A stretch of 14,268 nt of DNA from Deltaproteobacteria bacterium (GTDB lineage Bacteria > Desulfobacterota > Binatia > UBA12015), in assembly GCA_046583355.1 (NCBI GenBank), contig JAYGCM010000067.1:1-14268 (forward strand), given 5' to 3'. The notes under the pieces were generated by a model. The model worked only from the letters and a program-made list of their open reading frames with translations. It was not told the DNA's origin and searched no databases. Made by a program: the position numbers and the translations under genes. Shown piece after piece: positions 1 through 8,136 of this stretch. The number at the start of each line of letters is the position of its first letter. Within the stretch, counting starts at the first letter, position 1.

Positions 1-683
1 GAGATTTCGGCCAAGGCCTCCTCGAGGCCGGGTGCCGTGCGCTCCTGGAATTGGGTGATTCGGATATAGCCGTAACCGTCGTCGAGGCGTTTGAATTTAA
101 CGCTCTCGACCTGAATATTTTCACGCGTCAAAGTGAAATCGATGAGCTCGCCAACCCCTTCGCGTTTGATCGAAATGGTGATGTCCGTGCCGCGCGGCCC
201 GCGCATGAGCTTGACGGCATCCATCAGCGACATATCGCGGGTGAGTTCCTCTTCGATCTTGACGATCTGGTCACCGGGCTCGATGCCGGCGCGAAAGGCC
301 GGTGTATCTTCGATCGGCGAGACCACCGTGAGAATGCCAGTGCGATTGGTGATTTCGATGCCAAGACCGCCGAAGCTGCCCTTGGTATCGACCTGCAGCT
401 CTTTGTAGAGCTCCGGCGTCAGGTAGGCGCTATGCGGGTCGAGTGAGGCGAGCATGCCATTGACCGCGCCCTCCACCAATTCCTTCGTGCCGACCTCTTC
501 GACGTAATTCTTCTGCACGATGGAGAGAATGCTGGTGAAGGTCTCGAGCTCATCATAGGCCGCTTGGTCGACCGCGCCCACGCGCGAAACCGCACCGTTG
601 CCCAGCAGTAGCCCACCAAGCAAAACCCCGATGAGTAGAGCCAGAAGCACAGAACGCGGACGCCCCAGTGACGCCTGCCTCAT
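1..683 (-). CDS. ctpA: S41 family carboxyl-terminal processing protease (CtpA/Prc-like), 3' end runs off the window
   Basis: Not in the ORF track. Manual translation from ATG 683: MRQASLGRPRSVLLALLIGVLLGGLLLG...ELETFTSILSIVQKNYVEEV...AVNGMLASLDPHSAYL...GSFGGLGIEI...VVSPIEDTPAFRAGIEPGDQIVKI (PDZ)...GYIRITQFQE. These are typical S41A N-terminal and PDZ motifs. Confidence 0.93.
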   Translation of the reverse strand, partial: MRQASLGRPRSVLLALLIGVLLGGLLLGNGAVSRVGAVDQAAYDELETFTSILSIVQKNYVEEVGTKELVEGAVNGMLASLDPHSAYLTPELYKELQVDTKGSFGGLGIEITNRTGILTVVSPIEDTPAFRAGIEPGDQIVKIEEELTRDMSLMDAVKLMRGPRGTDITISIKREGVGELIDFTLTRENIQVESVKFKRLDDGYGYIRITQFQERTAPGLEEALAEI

Positions 684-767
684 CGGACGGCACCGCGGCC
701 GGAAAAGAGCGAAAATACGAGCATCCTCAGAGCGTACCTCATTCGCCGCAGCCTTGCCTACCGGCGC

Positions 768-2045
768 TCAACGCCGCCCAGCGGGGCCGCGCGGCCATTT
801 ACCTGTGCGGATCAGCGTGCGTAGATCTTCTGCCATTTCCGGATTGTCCCAATCGAGCGGACCGATGATGCGCGCCACCTGATAGCCGTCACGGTCGATT
901 ATGAAGGACTCCGGGTAGCCGGAAATCTGATAGCGGCGGCCCACGCTACCGGTGCTCTCGACCAGAATCGGAAAGGTCAGTCCCATCTCGTCACGAAACG
1001 CGCGCACGATCGGAGCGCCGCCATCGTCTTCGGCCACCGCGACCATGAGAAAATCCTCGCCGACCAGACGCGCCGCAAGACGCTCCATCGAAGGCATCTC
1101 CTCGCGACACGGCGGACACCAGGTGGTGAAGATATTCAGCAAAACAACTTTGCCGCGCTGCGCTTTGAGCTGGAACGCCTTGCCGTCAAGGTCCTGGGCG
1201 ACGAACTCCGGTGCGCGCGGCGGCCCGGTGACGCAGCCGGCAGTCATCAAAAGAACGAGAAGCGCGGCCACCGCGGGGCCGCGCCCACCAGGAAGCCGGC
1301 GCGCCAGCAGGCCAACAACACCGACGACCATCAGCATGATGCCGACCCATTGGGCCTCGGTCAGATCGAGCAAGACACGCGGCTCGATGCGGATGAACTC
1401 GACCAGGAAGCGCGCCAGGCCGGAGAGCGCCATAAAAGCAAAAACCACGGCCCCATCCGCCCAGCGCTCGCGGGCGCGGAACATGCGCATCAGGACGACG
1501 AAGATCCCCGAATAGAGAAGAGTCTCATAGATCGGTGCGGGATGAACCAGAACGCCTTCGGCGTGCGGCCAGCCGAAGATCGCATTGGGGTAGGCCATGC
1601 CCCAGGGTAAATTCGTGGGAACGCCCCAATCGCCGTCGCCGGCAAGCTGGCAACCCACCCGCCCGATGGCTTGCCCGAGCACCACTGCGGGCGCGACAAT
1701 ATCGGCGATCACCAGCCACGAGAGGCGCTGGCGATAGACCCAGATCGAGATCGCCAAGAGCCCTCCAGCCAGGCCACCGTAGAAGACGAAGCCAGCGCCC
1801 GTGAGAAGGTGCCCCAGGGGATCGGCGAGAAAGCGGTCCCAATCGTGGAAGACCGAAAGCAGGCGCGAGCCGAGCAGGCCGCCAAGCGCCGCCCACCAGG
1901 TCAGCGGTCCGGCCAGAGCCGGATCGAGGCCGCGCTGGCCAAGCCCCTTCACGACCACCGAGCTGGCCGCGAGAAACGCGAGCGCCAGCATCGCACCGAA
2001 GCTGTAGAGGGAAATCGGACCGAAAGAAACGAGAACGGGAACCAT
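768..2045 (-). CDS. lgt: Fusion protein (425 aa): prolipoprotein diacylglyceryl transferase (Lgt)-like domain, internal lipobox-like segment, and TlpA/ResA-like thioredoxin (CPPC)
   Basis: Start taken at ATG 2045 (MVPVLVSFGPISLYSFG). Lgt motifs: FYGGLAGG, GQAIGRVGC, DWG, HPAPIYE, RFLVEFIR. Then AVAALLVLLMTAGC, then APEFVAQDLDGK...GKVVLLNIFTTWCPPCREEMP...GYPESFIIDRDG...GPLDW. Confidence 0.88.
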   Translation of the reverse strand: MVPVLVSFGPISLYSFGAMLALAFLAASSVVVKGLGQRGLDPALAGPLTWWAALGGLLGSRLLSVFHDWDRFLADPLGHLLTGAGFVFYGGLAGGLLAISIWVYRQRLSWLVIADIVAPAVVLGQAIGRVGCQLAGDGDWGVPTNLPWGMAYPNAIFGWPHAEGVLVHPAPIYETLLYSGIFVVLMRMFRARERWADGAVVFAFMALSGLARFLVEFIRIEPRVLLDLTEAQWVGIMLMVVGVVGLLARRLPGGRGPAVAALLVLLMTAGCVTGPPRAPEFVAQDLDGKAFQLKAQRGKVVLLNIFTTWCPPCREEMPSMERLAARLVGEDFLMVAVAEDDGGAPIVRAFRDEMGLTFPILVESTGSVGRRYQISGYPESFIIDRDGYQVARIIGPLDWDNPEMAEDLRTLIRTGKWPRGPAGRR

Positions 2046-2132
2046 TCCATCTCTACATATCCCTTGCCGCACGAAGCGGAAAGGGACGGGCAAACTTGCC
2101 GCACGGGCCCGCAGGTGGCAATGCTGGAAGCG

Positions 2133-2594
2133 ATGCCAAAAGCAGGCTTCTGGGCAATCGAGAGCGGCGTCATCCGTTTCGCGCGCGACGGCCACTGGTA
2201 CTCGGATGACGAACCCGTCGTCAACCGACGGATCGCCACCCTCTTCGCCAGGCAGCTCTGCCGCCGCGAAGATGAATGGTGGATCGTCATGGGCGACGAG
2301 AAAGCGCGCGTCGTGATCGACGATACTCCCTGGGTCGTCGTGCGCGTCGACGGCACCCCGGCCAGCGGCTTCACCATCGGCCTGAACGACGGCAGCCGCG
2401 AATCGCTCCAAGCAGCTGAACTCACTCTCGGCGCCGAAGATGTACTCTACACCACGGTAAAAGACGGCCCGTGGCGGGCCCGCTTCCTGCGCGCGCCGCA
2501 GGTCGAGTTGCTCTCACATGCGGTCGAGCGCGACGGCGCGTTTTTCCTGCCCGATGCGTCGGGCAAACTGAGCCCGCTGGGCAAGGCGAATTGA
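2133..2594 (+). CDS. DUF1285-like protein (153 aa; alternative start 2121)
   Basis: IRFARDGHWYSDDEPV..R...LFARQL, EKARVVIDDTPWVV, LNDG and ARFLR resemble DUF1285. GGAAG lies upstream of ATG 2133, and the stop overlaps the trmL start (TGATG). Confidence 0.7.
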   Translation: MPKAGFWAIESGVIRFARDGHWYSDDEPVVNRRIATLFARQLCRREDEWWIVMGDEKARVVIDDTPWVVVRVDGTPASGFTIGLNDGSRESLQAAELTLGAEDVLYTTVKDGPWRARFLRAPQVELLSHAVERDGAFFLPDASGKLSPLGKAN

Positions 2595-3043
2595 TGCATA
2601 TTGTTCTGGTCGAACCCGAGATCCCGCAGAATACCGGCTCGATCGCGCGCCTCGCCGCCGCGACAGGCTCGCCGCTGCACCTGGTCGGCCGCCTCGGCTT
2701 CTCGCTGGAGGACCGCTACCTCAAGCGCGCCGGTCTGGATTATTGGCCCCTGGTCGATCTCCATACGCACGACTCCTTCGCGGCCTTCCTCAAGGAGGTC
2801 GAACCGGCGCGAATCTTCGCCTTCAGCACGCACGCCACCACATCGTATACCAAGGCGAGCTTCGCTGCGGGCGACGCCATCGTCTTCGGCTCGGAGTCCA
2901 AGGGGCTACCCGCCGATCTCAAAACAGCGCTTGCCCCGCTGTGGAATATCCCCATGTCCGGGACTGGGGTACGCAGCCTCAACCTGGCCAACGCGGTCTC
3001 GATCGTCCTCTATGAAGGCCTGCGCCAGCTCGGGTCCGTCTGA
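2594..3043 (+). CDS. trmL: tRNA (cytidine(34)-2'-O)-methyltransferase TrmL (SPOUT family), 149 aa
   Basis: MHIVLVEPEIPQNTGSIARL, LKRAGLDYW, FGSESKGLP, IPM..VRSLNLANAVSIVLYE. ATG 2594 overlaps the upstream TGA. Confidence 0.95.
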   Translation: MHIVLVEPEIPQNTGSIARLAAATGSPLHLVGRLGFSLEDRYLKRAGLDYWPLVDLHTHDSFAAFLKEVEPARIFAFSTHATTSYTKASFAAGDAIVFGSESKGLPADLKTALAPLWNIPMSGTGVRSLNLANAVSIVLYEGLRQLGSV

Positions 3044-3062
3044 GCTGGATAGCCGGCCGAAC

Positions 3063-3229
3063 CTAGAGGTCCGGCCGAAAAGTAGGGCTTTGCACAGAGG
3101 GCGTCGATTGCGGCCGCTGGCTTGGTCGGCGACCGAGCAATGGCCGTAGCCATTGGGAGAGAGCGTGACGCAGTCCAGCGGCCGCAAGCGGCGCCCGGAT
3201 GCAGGCCTACTTTTCGGCCGCGCCTCTAG
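3063..3229. mobile_element. MITE-like long imperfect palindrome bounded by CTAG on both sides
   Basis: Nested complementary blocks: CTAGAGG/CCTCTAG, CGGCCGAAAAGTAGG/CCTACTTTTCGGCCG, GGGCGTCG/CGGCGCCC, TTGCGGCCGCTGG/CCAGCGGCCGCAA. Apex hairpins at 3121-3137 and 3138-3155. Confidence 0.7.
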
Positions 3230-3295
3230 CGGAATCGTCGGGCAAGCTGGCGGCAGACGATGGGGTCGGACGGACTTTTGCACCGAGGGATTGGA

Positions 3296-4870
3296 ATGGA
3301 AGAACAAGGTTTCTGGAATCGCGCACAGCTGCATCCCGAAAGGCTGGCTTTGGTCGACCCGCAGGGGCGCGGGTGGAGCCGCGGCGACTTGCTGGCCGAG
3401 TGCAATCAGATCTCCAGCGGGCTGCGCGCGCTGGGCGTCGCGCCGGGTGCGACCGTCGCCATTGCGGCGCCGAATTGTGCCGAGTTCTACCAGCTCTATC
3501 TCGCAGTGGCGCAATCCGGCTGGTATTTGACGCCGCTCAATTGGCATCTTGCGCCGGCCGAGATCGCCTTTATCGTGAAAGATTGCAACGCCGCAGCCTT
3601 CATCGCGCACGAGAAAATCGCGACGGCCTGCATCGCCGCTGCCGACGAGATCAATTTTCCGCCTGCGGCCCGTTTCGCCATCGGTGAGGTCGCCGGCTTC
3701 CGCTCGCTGGACGAACTCAAGGCGATGGGCTCGCCGGAGATGCCGGCCGAGCGCGCGCCCGGTGCGGTGATGAATTATACCTCCGGCACAACCGGTAACC
3801 CCAAGGGAGTGAAGCGTGACCTGGCGCCGGCCGAGATCGATCCGGGCGTGATGGGCGAGTTGCTGGGTGGCTTTCTGATGCTTTTCGGTGTGCAGCCGGA
3901 GGCCGGCAATGTGCATCTGGTCGGCTCGCCGCTTTATCATACAGCCGTCCTCATGCATTCGGCTTCTTCCCTGAACCTGGGCCATACCGTCGTCTTGATG
4001 GATAAATGGCTGCCCGAAGAAATGCTGCGGCTCATCGACAAACATAAAGTCACGCTCAGCCATATGGTGCCGACGCAATTCCACCGCCTGCTGATGCTGC
4101 CCGAAGACGTCCGCGCAAAATACGATTGCTCGTCCACTCGCACGATGATTCATGCTGCAGCGCCGTGCCCGCCAGAGATCAAGCGCCGCATGCTGGCCTG
4201 GTGGGGCGAGTCGATTTGGGAATATTATGCCGCGACCGAAGGCGGCGGTACGATCTGCTCGCCGCAGGAATGGCTCGAGAACCCCGGTACGGTTGGCAAG
4301 GCCTGGGCCGGCGCCGTCATTCAGATCATTGACGAGGAGAAGGGCCAGGCCCTGCCCACCGGCGAGCGCGGCACGATCTTCATGAAGCTGCCTGAGAATA
4401 TGGCCTTCGAGTACAAAGGCGACGCAGCCAAAACAAAAAAGAACCGCCTTGTGATCGACGGCGAGCTCTATTTCACGGTCGGCGATATCGGCTACCTGAA
4501 CGAGGGCGGCTTTCTTTTTCTCTGCGACCGCAAGATCGATATGATCATCTCCGGCGGCGCCAATATCTATCCGGCCGAAATCGAAAATGTGCTGATCACC
4601 CACCCGCAGGTCGGCGATGTGGCCGTCTTCGGCATCCCGAATGAAGATTGGGGCGAGGAGATCAAGGCGGTCATCGAGCCCGCTCCTGGCATCCCCGGCG
4701 ACGACGCCCTGCGCGCCGCAATCTTCGCTTTCTGCAAGGATAAGCTGGCAAAATTCAAGACGCCGAAATCCATCGACTTCACCGACGCTATGCCGCGCGA
4801 CCCCAACGGCAAACTCTACAAGCGCAAACTCCGCGACCCCTTCTGGAAAGACCAGAAGCGCGCGATCTGA
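3296..4870 (+). CDS. Acyl-CoA synthetase / AMP-binding (ANL superfamily) ligase, 524 aa
   Basis: P-loop YTSGTTGNPKG, PLYH, EYYAATEGG, VGDIGYL, DRKIDMIISGGANIYPAEIE, PRDPNGKLYK. GAGGGA RBS precedes ATG 3296 (ORF track start is 3260). Confidence 0.93.
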   Translation: MEEQGFWNRAQLHPERLALVDPQGRGWSRGDLLAECNQISSGLRALGVAPGATVAIAAPNCAEFYQLYLAVAQSGWYLTPLNWHLAPAEIAFIVKDCNAAAFIAHEKIATACIAAADEINFPPAARFAIGEVAGFRSLDELKAMGSPEMPAERAPGAVMNYTSGTTGNPKGVKRDLAPAEIDPGVMGELLGGFLMLFGVQPEAGNVHLVGSPLYHTAVLMHSASSLNLGHTVVLMDKWLPEEMLRLIDKHKVTLSHMVPTQFHRLLMLPEDVRAKYDCSSTRTMIHAAAPCPPEIKRRMLAWWGESIWEYYAATEGGGTICSPQEWLENPGTVGKAWAGAVIQIIDEEKGQALPTGERGTIFMKLPENMAFEYKGDAAKTKKNRLVIDGELYFTVGDIGYLNEGGFLFLCDRKIDMIISGGANIYPAEIENVLITHPQVGDVAVFGIPNEDWGEEIKAVIEPAPGIPGDDALRAAIFAFCKDKLAKFKTPKSIDFTDAMPRDPNGKLYKRKLRDPFWKDQKRAI

Positions 4871-4904
4871 AGGCTAGGTCGGGTGATGCCACCCCGCCTA
4901 GCCT
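4871..4904. terminator. Hairpin between convergent genes, possible bidirectional terminator
   Basis: AGGCTAGG(4871-4878)/CCTAGCCT(4897-4904) plus GGGTG/CACCC, immediately after the synthetase stop. No U-tract. Confidence 0.5.
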
Positions 4905-4934
4905 GATACCACCAAGCCTGACACTCTTCCTGAA

Positions 4935-5513
4935 TCAGTCGGTGCCGGCTTCGATCTCGGCGGCCTTGGCGGCTTGCCAGGCGAGGTGCTCCTCGCCGGT
5001 CCAGCCGCGGTGGTTGCCGAGCCGGTAGGCCTCGGCGTTGCGCTGGTATTGCCAGGCGTTCATGCGGTTGGCCTTGGTATTGTCGCGCGAGCCGATTTGT
5101 TTGGCGGGCACGCCGGCAATGATCGAATTCGGCTCGAAGATCTTGCCCTCGCGCACCAAGGCACCGCCGGCGACAATCGAGCCGGTGCCGATGACCGCGC
5201 CGTCCATGATGCAGGCGTTGATGCCAATCAGACAATTGTCCTCGATGGTGCAGCCGTGGATGGTCGTATGGTGGGTGATCGAGCAGAACTCTCCGATCAC
5301 GGTGTCCTGTGCGTAGCCGATATGCACCATGACGAAATCTTGCAGATTGGTCATTCTGCCAATCCGGATTTGATTGGTTTCCGAGCGCAGCACCGTATTG
5401 GGCCAGATCGAAACGTTCTCGCCGAGCACGATTTTACCGTAGAGCTGCGCCGAGGGTGCCACCCAGACGCTTTCCGGAATCGTTTGGAGGTCGCTTTTTT
5501 CTGAATCACTCAT
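4935..5513 (-). CDS. Gamma-carbonic anhydrase family (YrdA/CaiE/PaaY-like) hexapeptide-repeat protein
   Basis: Left-handed beta-helix repeats, SIWPNTVLR, NLQDFVMVH, THHTTIHGC (candidate metal-binding His residues) and GVPAK. AAGGA RBS; lies 12 bp downstream of prfC. Confidence 0.9.
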   Translation of the reverse strand: MSDSEKSDLQTIPESVWVAPSAQLYGKIVLGENVSIWPNTVLRSETNQIRIGRMTNLQDFVMVHIGYAQDTVIGEFCSITHHTTIHGCTIEDNCLIGINACIMDGAVIGTGSIVAGGALVREGKIFEPNSIIAGVPAKQIGSRDNTKANRMNAWQYQRNAEAYRLGNHRGWTGEEHLAWQAAKAAEIEAGTD

Positions 5514-5525
5514 GCGGGCTATTCC

Positions 5526-7127
5526 TTAGGTCGTGGGGGGAGTCTCGGCCAGCGTGATCCCTTCGTGGCCCTCAAGGAGACGCTCGAGGAAGTTCACGCC
5601 TTGGGAGATCAGCACCGGGCGGCCGACGTGGTCGTAGACCAATTTGCTGAGGCGCGAATGCCCGACCATTTCGGGTTTGAAATCGCCCGTCGGCCAGCGC
5701 GCAACCGAGAAGGTGAGCTGCGAGAGCCGCAGTTCGACTTTATATTCGCTGGCGAGTCGGTGCTTGAGCACATCGAATTGCAGCGGGCCGACCGCGCCGA
5801 GAATGGTGGCACCGGCTCCATCGGGGTCCGAGAAGATCTGAATCGCGCCTTCGTGTGCAAGCTGGTCGAGGCCTTTTTGCAGGGCCTTGCGCTTGGTCAC
5901 CAGACCCAGCTCAACGCGCATGAAATGCTCGGGGGCAAAGGTCGGCAGTTCGGGGAAATCAAAATCGCCGCTGGTGCAAAGCGTGTCGCCGATCTGCAGG
6001 AAGCCCGGGTCGAAGAGTCCGACGACATCGCCGGGGTAGGCCACCTCGACGCTCTCGCGCCCGCGCCCCATCAGCAGGGTGGATTTGGTCAGGCGCATCG
6101 TCTTGCCGGTGCGCCGATGCACGGCGTTTACGCCTTGTTCGAATTTGCCCGAGCAGATCCGGATGAAGGCGATGCGGTCGCGGTGGCCCGGATCCATATT
6201 CGCCTGGATCTTGAACACGAAGCCCGAGAACGCGCTGGTGGCCGGCTCGATGATCCTGGTGTCCACGGCGAGGCGGGCCAGCGGCGGCGGGGCGAGTTCG
6301 ACGAAATGGTCGAGGAAAGGCTTCAAGCCAAAGTTGGTCAGCGCGCTGCCGAAAAATACCGGCGTCTGTTTGCCCGCGCGCACGCGCTCCGGATCGAATT
6401 CCGTACCCGCGCCTTCCAGGAGCTCAAGGCCGTCCATGAACATCTCGGCCGCCGAGCCCAATGCCGCCTGGATCGCTTCGTCCTCAGGCTCGCCGCTGAT
6501 GGATTCCGAGTCGACCAGCATGGTGCCGTGGTTGCCACCGGAGAAGATATCGAGCCTACGGTCGAGCCGGTCGTAAGTGCCGCGGAATTCTTTGCCGACA
6601 CCGACTGGCCAGTTCAGCGGCACCGACTCGATGCCGAGTACGTCTTCGATCTCGCTGAGCAGGTCGAGCGGGTCGCGGCCGTGGCGGTCCATCTTGTTGA
6701 TGAAGGTGAAGATGGGGATGCCGCGCATCCGACAGACCTCGAAGAGCCGGCGCGTCTGGGTCTCGACGCCTTTGGCCGAGTCGATCAGCATGACGGCGCT
6801 ATCGGCGGCAATGAGCGTGCGGTAGGTATCTTCGCTGAAATCTCGATGGCCGGGCGTGTCGAGAATATTGATCCGCATATTGGCGTAATCGGCGTGCATG
6901 ACCGAGCTGGATACCGAGATGCCGCGCTGTTTTTCGATCTCCAGCCAATCGCTGGTCGCGTGTTTGCTGGCCTTCTGCGCCCGCACCGCACCGGCCTCGC
7001 GCACGGCCCCGCCGAAGAGCAGAATCTTCTCCGTCAGCGTCGTCTTGCCCGCATCCGGGTGGGAAATGATGGCAAAGGTCCGGCGACGCTCCACCTCACG
7101 CCTGATCTCTCTCTCCAACTCCTCCAC
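5526..7127 (-). CDS. prfC: Peptide chain release factor 3
   Basis: RRRTFAIISHPDAGKTTLTEK, SDWLEIEKQRGISV, DTPGHRDFSEDTYR, NKMD, GFVFKIQANMDPGHRDR, GAVGPLQFDV. GTG start. Confidence 0.97.
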   Translation of the reverse strand: MEELEREIRREVERRRTFAIISHPDAGKTTLTEKILLFGGAVREAGAVRAQKASKHATSDWLEIEKQRGISVSSSVMHADYANMRINILDTPGHRDFSEDTYRTLIAADSAVMLIDSAKGVETQTRRLFEVCRMRGIPIFTFINKMDRHGRDPLDLLSEIEDVLGIESVPLNWPVGVGKEFRGTYDRLDRRLDIFSGGNHGTMLVDSESISGEPEDEAIQAALGSAAEMFMDGLELLEGAGTEFDPERVRAGKQTPVFFGSALTNFGLKPFLDHFVELAPPPLARLAVDTRIIEPATSAFSGFVFKIQANMDPGHRDRIAFIRICSGKFEQGVNAVHRRTGKTMRLTKSTLLMGRGRESVEVAYPGDVVGLFDPGFLQIGDTLCTSGDFDFPELPTFAPEHFMRVELGLVTKRKALQKGLDQLAHEGAIQIFSDPDGAGATILGAVGPLQFDVLKHRLASEYKVELRLSQLTFSVARWPTGDFKPEMVGHSRLSKLVYDHVGRPVLISQGVNFLERLLEGHEGITLAETPPTT

Positions 7128-7209
7128 AGCAGGCAGGGGATACTGGAGCCAGCCCTTCGGCGAAAGGGGGAGGAGAAGGAGGCCGCATGGTAGGTCTGTC
7201 TCACTCCTT

Positions 7210-8013
7210 ATGAACTTTCTTGAAATGATGCAGCTTGAGACCCATGGGCCCGATACTTTCGTCGCCAGCGGCCCCGATTACCCTTGGGGTGGGCTTTATG
7301 GCGGGCAGATCGTGGCCCAGGCGCTGCGCGCCGCCAGTGCGACGGTTGAGGACGGCATGGCAGTGCATTCGCTGCACGCTTATTTCATCCGCGCCGGCGA
7401 CTCCTCGCAGCCGATCCGCTTCGAGGTCGACCGCATCCGCAACGGCCGCAGTTTCTCGACTCGTCGCGTGGTGGCGCGCCAGGCAACCGGCGCGATCTTG
7501 AATCTCGCGGCATCGTTCCAGCGCGTCGGCGAGGAACTCACCGAACATGCCCGGATCCCGATGCCGGCAGTCCCGGCCGCCGAGAGCGTTGCCAACACCG
7601 CCTGGAGCAAGACCTTCGACCGCCGCGATGTCGAGCGCGCCGACTCGATCCGCATCTGGGCGCGCATCTGCGAGGACCTGGAAGGCGCCGACCCGGCACT
7701 GCATGCCTGCGGCCTGGCCTACCTCTCCGACGACCTGCCGTGCGAGAGCGTGGTGGTCCGCCACCCGCTCTTCGAGGGTTTCACCGAGAGCGGCGATGGC
7801 GGGCTATGGAACGCAAGCCTCGACCACGCGATCTGGTTTCATCGCCCCCTGCGCGTCGACCAATTCCACCTCCACTCGTTTGAATGCCGCAGCCTGATCG
7901 GCTCACGCGGCCTCTCGCTGGGCTCGATCTTCGACAGCCAGGGCCAGCACGTCGCCACCATCAGCCAGGAAGTCCTGACCCGGCCAACGCGCAAGGCGAA
8001 ACCGGCCGGCTGA
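7210..8013 (+). CDS. tesB: Acyl-CoA thioesterase II (TesB-like double hot-dog fold), 267 aa
   Basis: LYGGQIVAQAL, HSLHAYFIRAGD, RNGRSFSTRRV, LAYLSD, ASLDHAIWFHRP, SRGL, VATISQE. Start taken at ATG 7210 because the longer ORF overlaps prfC. Confidence 0.88.
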   Translation: MNFLEMMQLETHGPDTFVASGPDYPWGGLYGGQIVAQALRAASATVEDGMAVHSLHAYFIRAGDSSQPIRFEVDRIRNGRSFSTRRVVARQATGAILNLAASFQRVGEELTEHARIPMPAVPAAESVANTAWSKTFDRRDVERADSIRIWARICEDLEGADPALHACGLAYLSDDLPCESVVVRHPLFEGFTESGDGGLWNASLDHAIWFHRPLRVDQFHLHSFECRSLIGSRGLSLGSIFDSQGQHVATISQEVLTRPTRKAKPAG

Positions 8014-8136
8014 GGGGGACGTGTGTTACCTATACGCGGTTTTGCTACCTATTCGGGCGGGTCCCGCTCGTGGTCCGCGCCGCCACCGTACATCCGAATA
8101 GGTAACAAAACCGCGAATAGGTAACACACGTCCCCC
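8014..8136. mobile_element. 123-bp MITE/REPIN-like element with 43-bp terminal inverted repeats, flanked by TGA direct repeats
   Basis: 8014-8056 matches the reverse complement of 8094-8136 at 41/43 positions. TGA at 8011-8013 (tesB stop) and 8137-8139. Each arm carries two TGTTACCTATTCG-like copies 19 bp apart. Confidence 0.8.

Noticed and set aside
2046..2411. 122-aa N-terminal extension of the 547-aa Lgt ORF
   Set aside because: It overlaps the DUF1285-like gene on the opposite strand, and Lgt similarity starts at MVPVLVSFGP (2045).
2906..4603. 565-aa minus-strand ORF
   Set aside because: Antisense shadow of the acyl-CoA synthetase in GC-rich DNA, with no recognisable motifs.
5565..7193. 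542-aa plus-strand ORF
   Set aside because: Antisense shadow of prfC.
8014..8136. CRISPR array or iterons
   Set aside because: Only two 13-mers per arm in inverted arrangement with 6-bp gaps; no unique spacers and no cas or rep genes.
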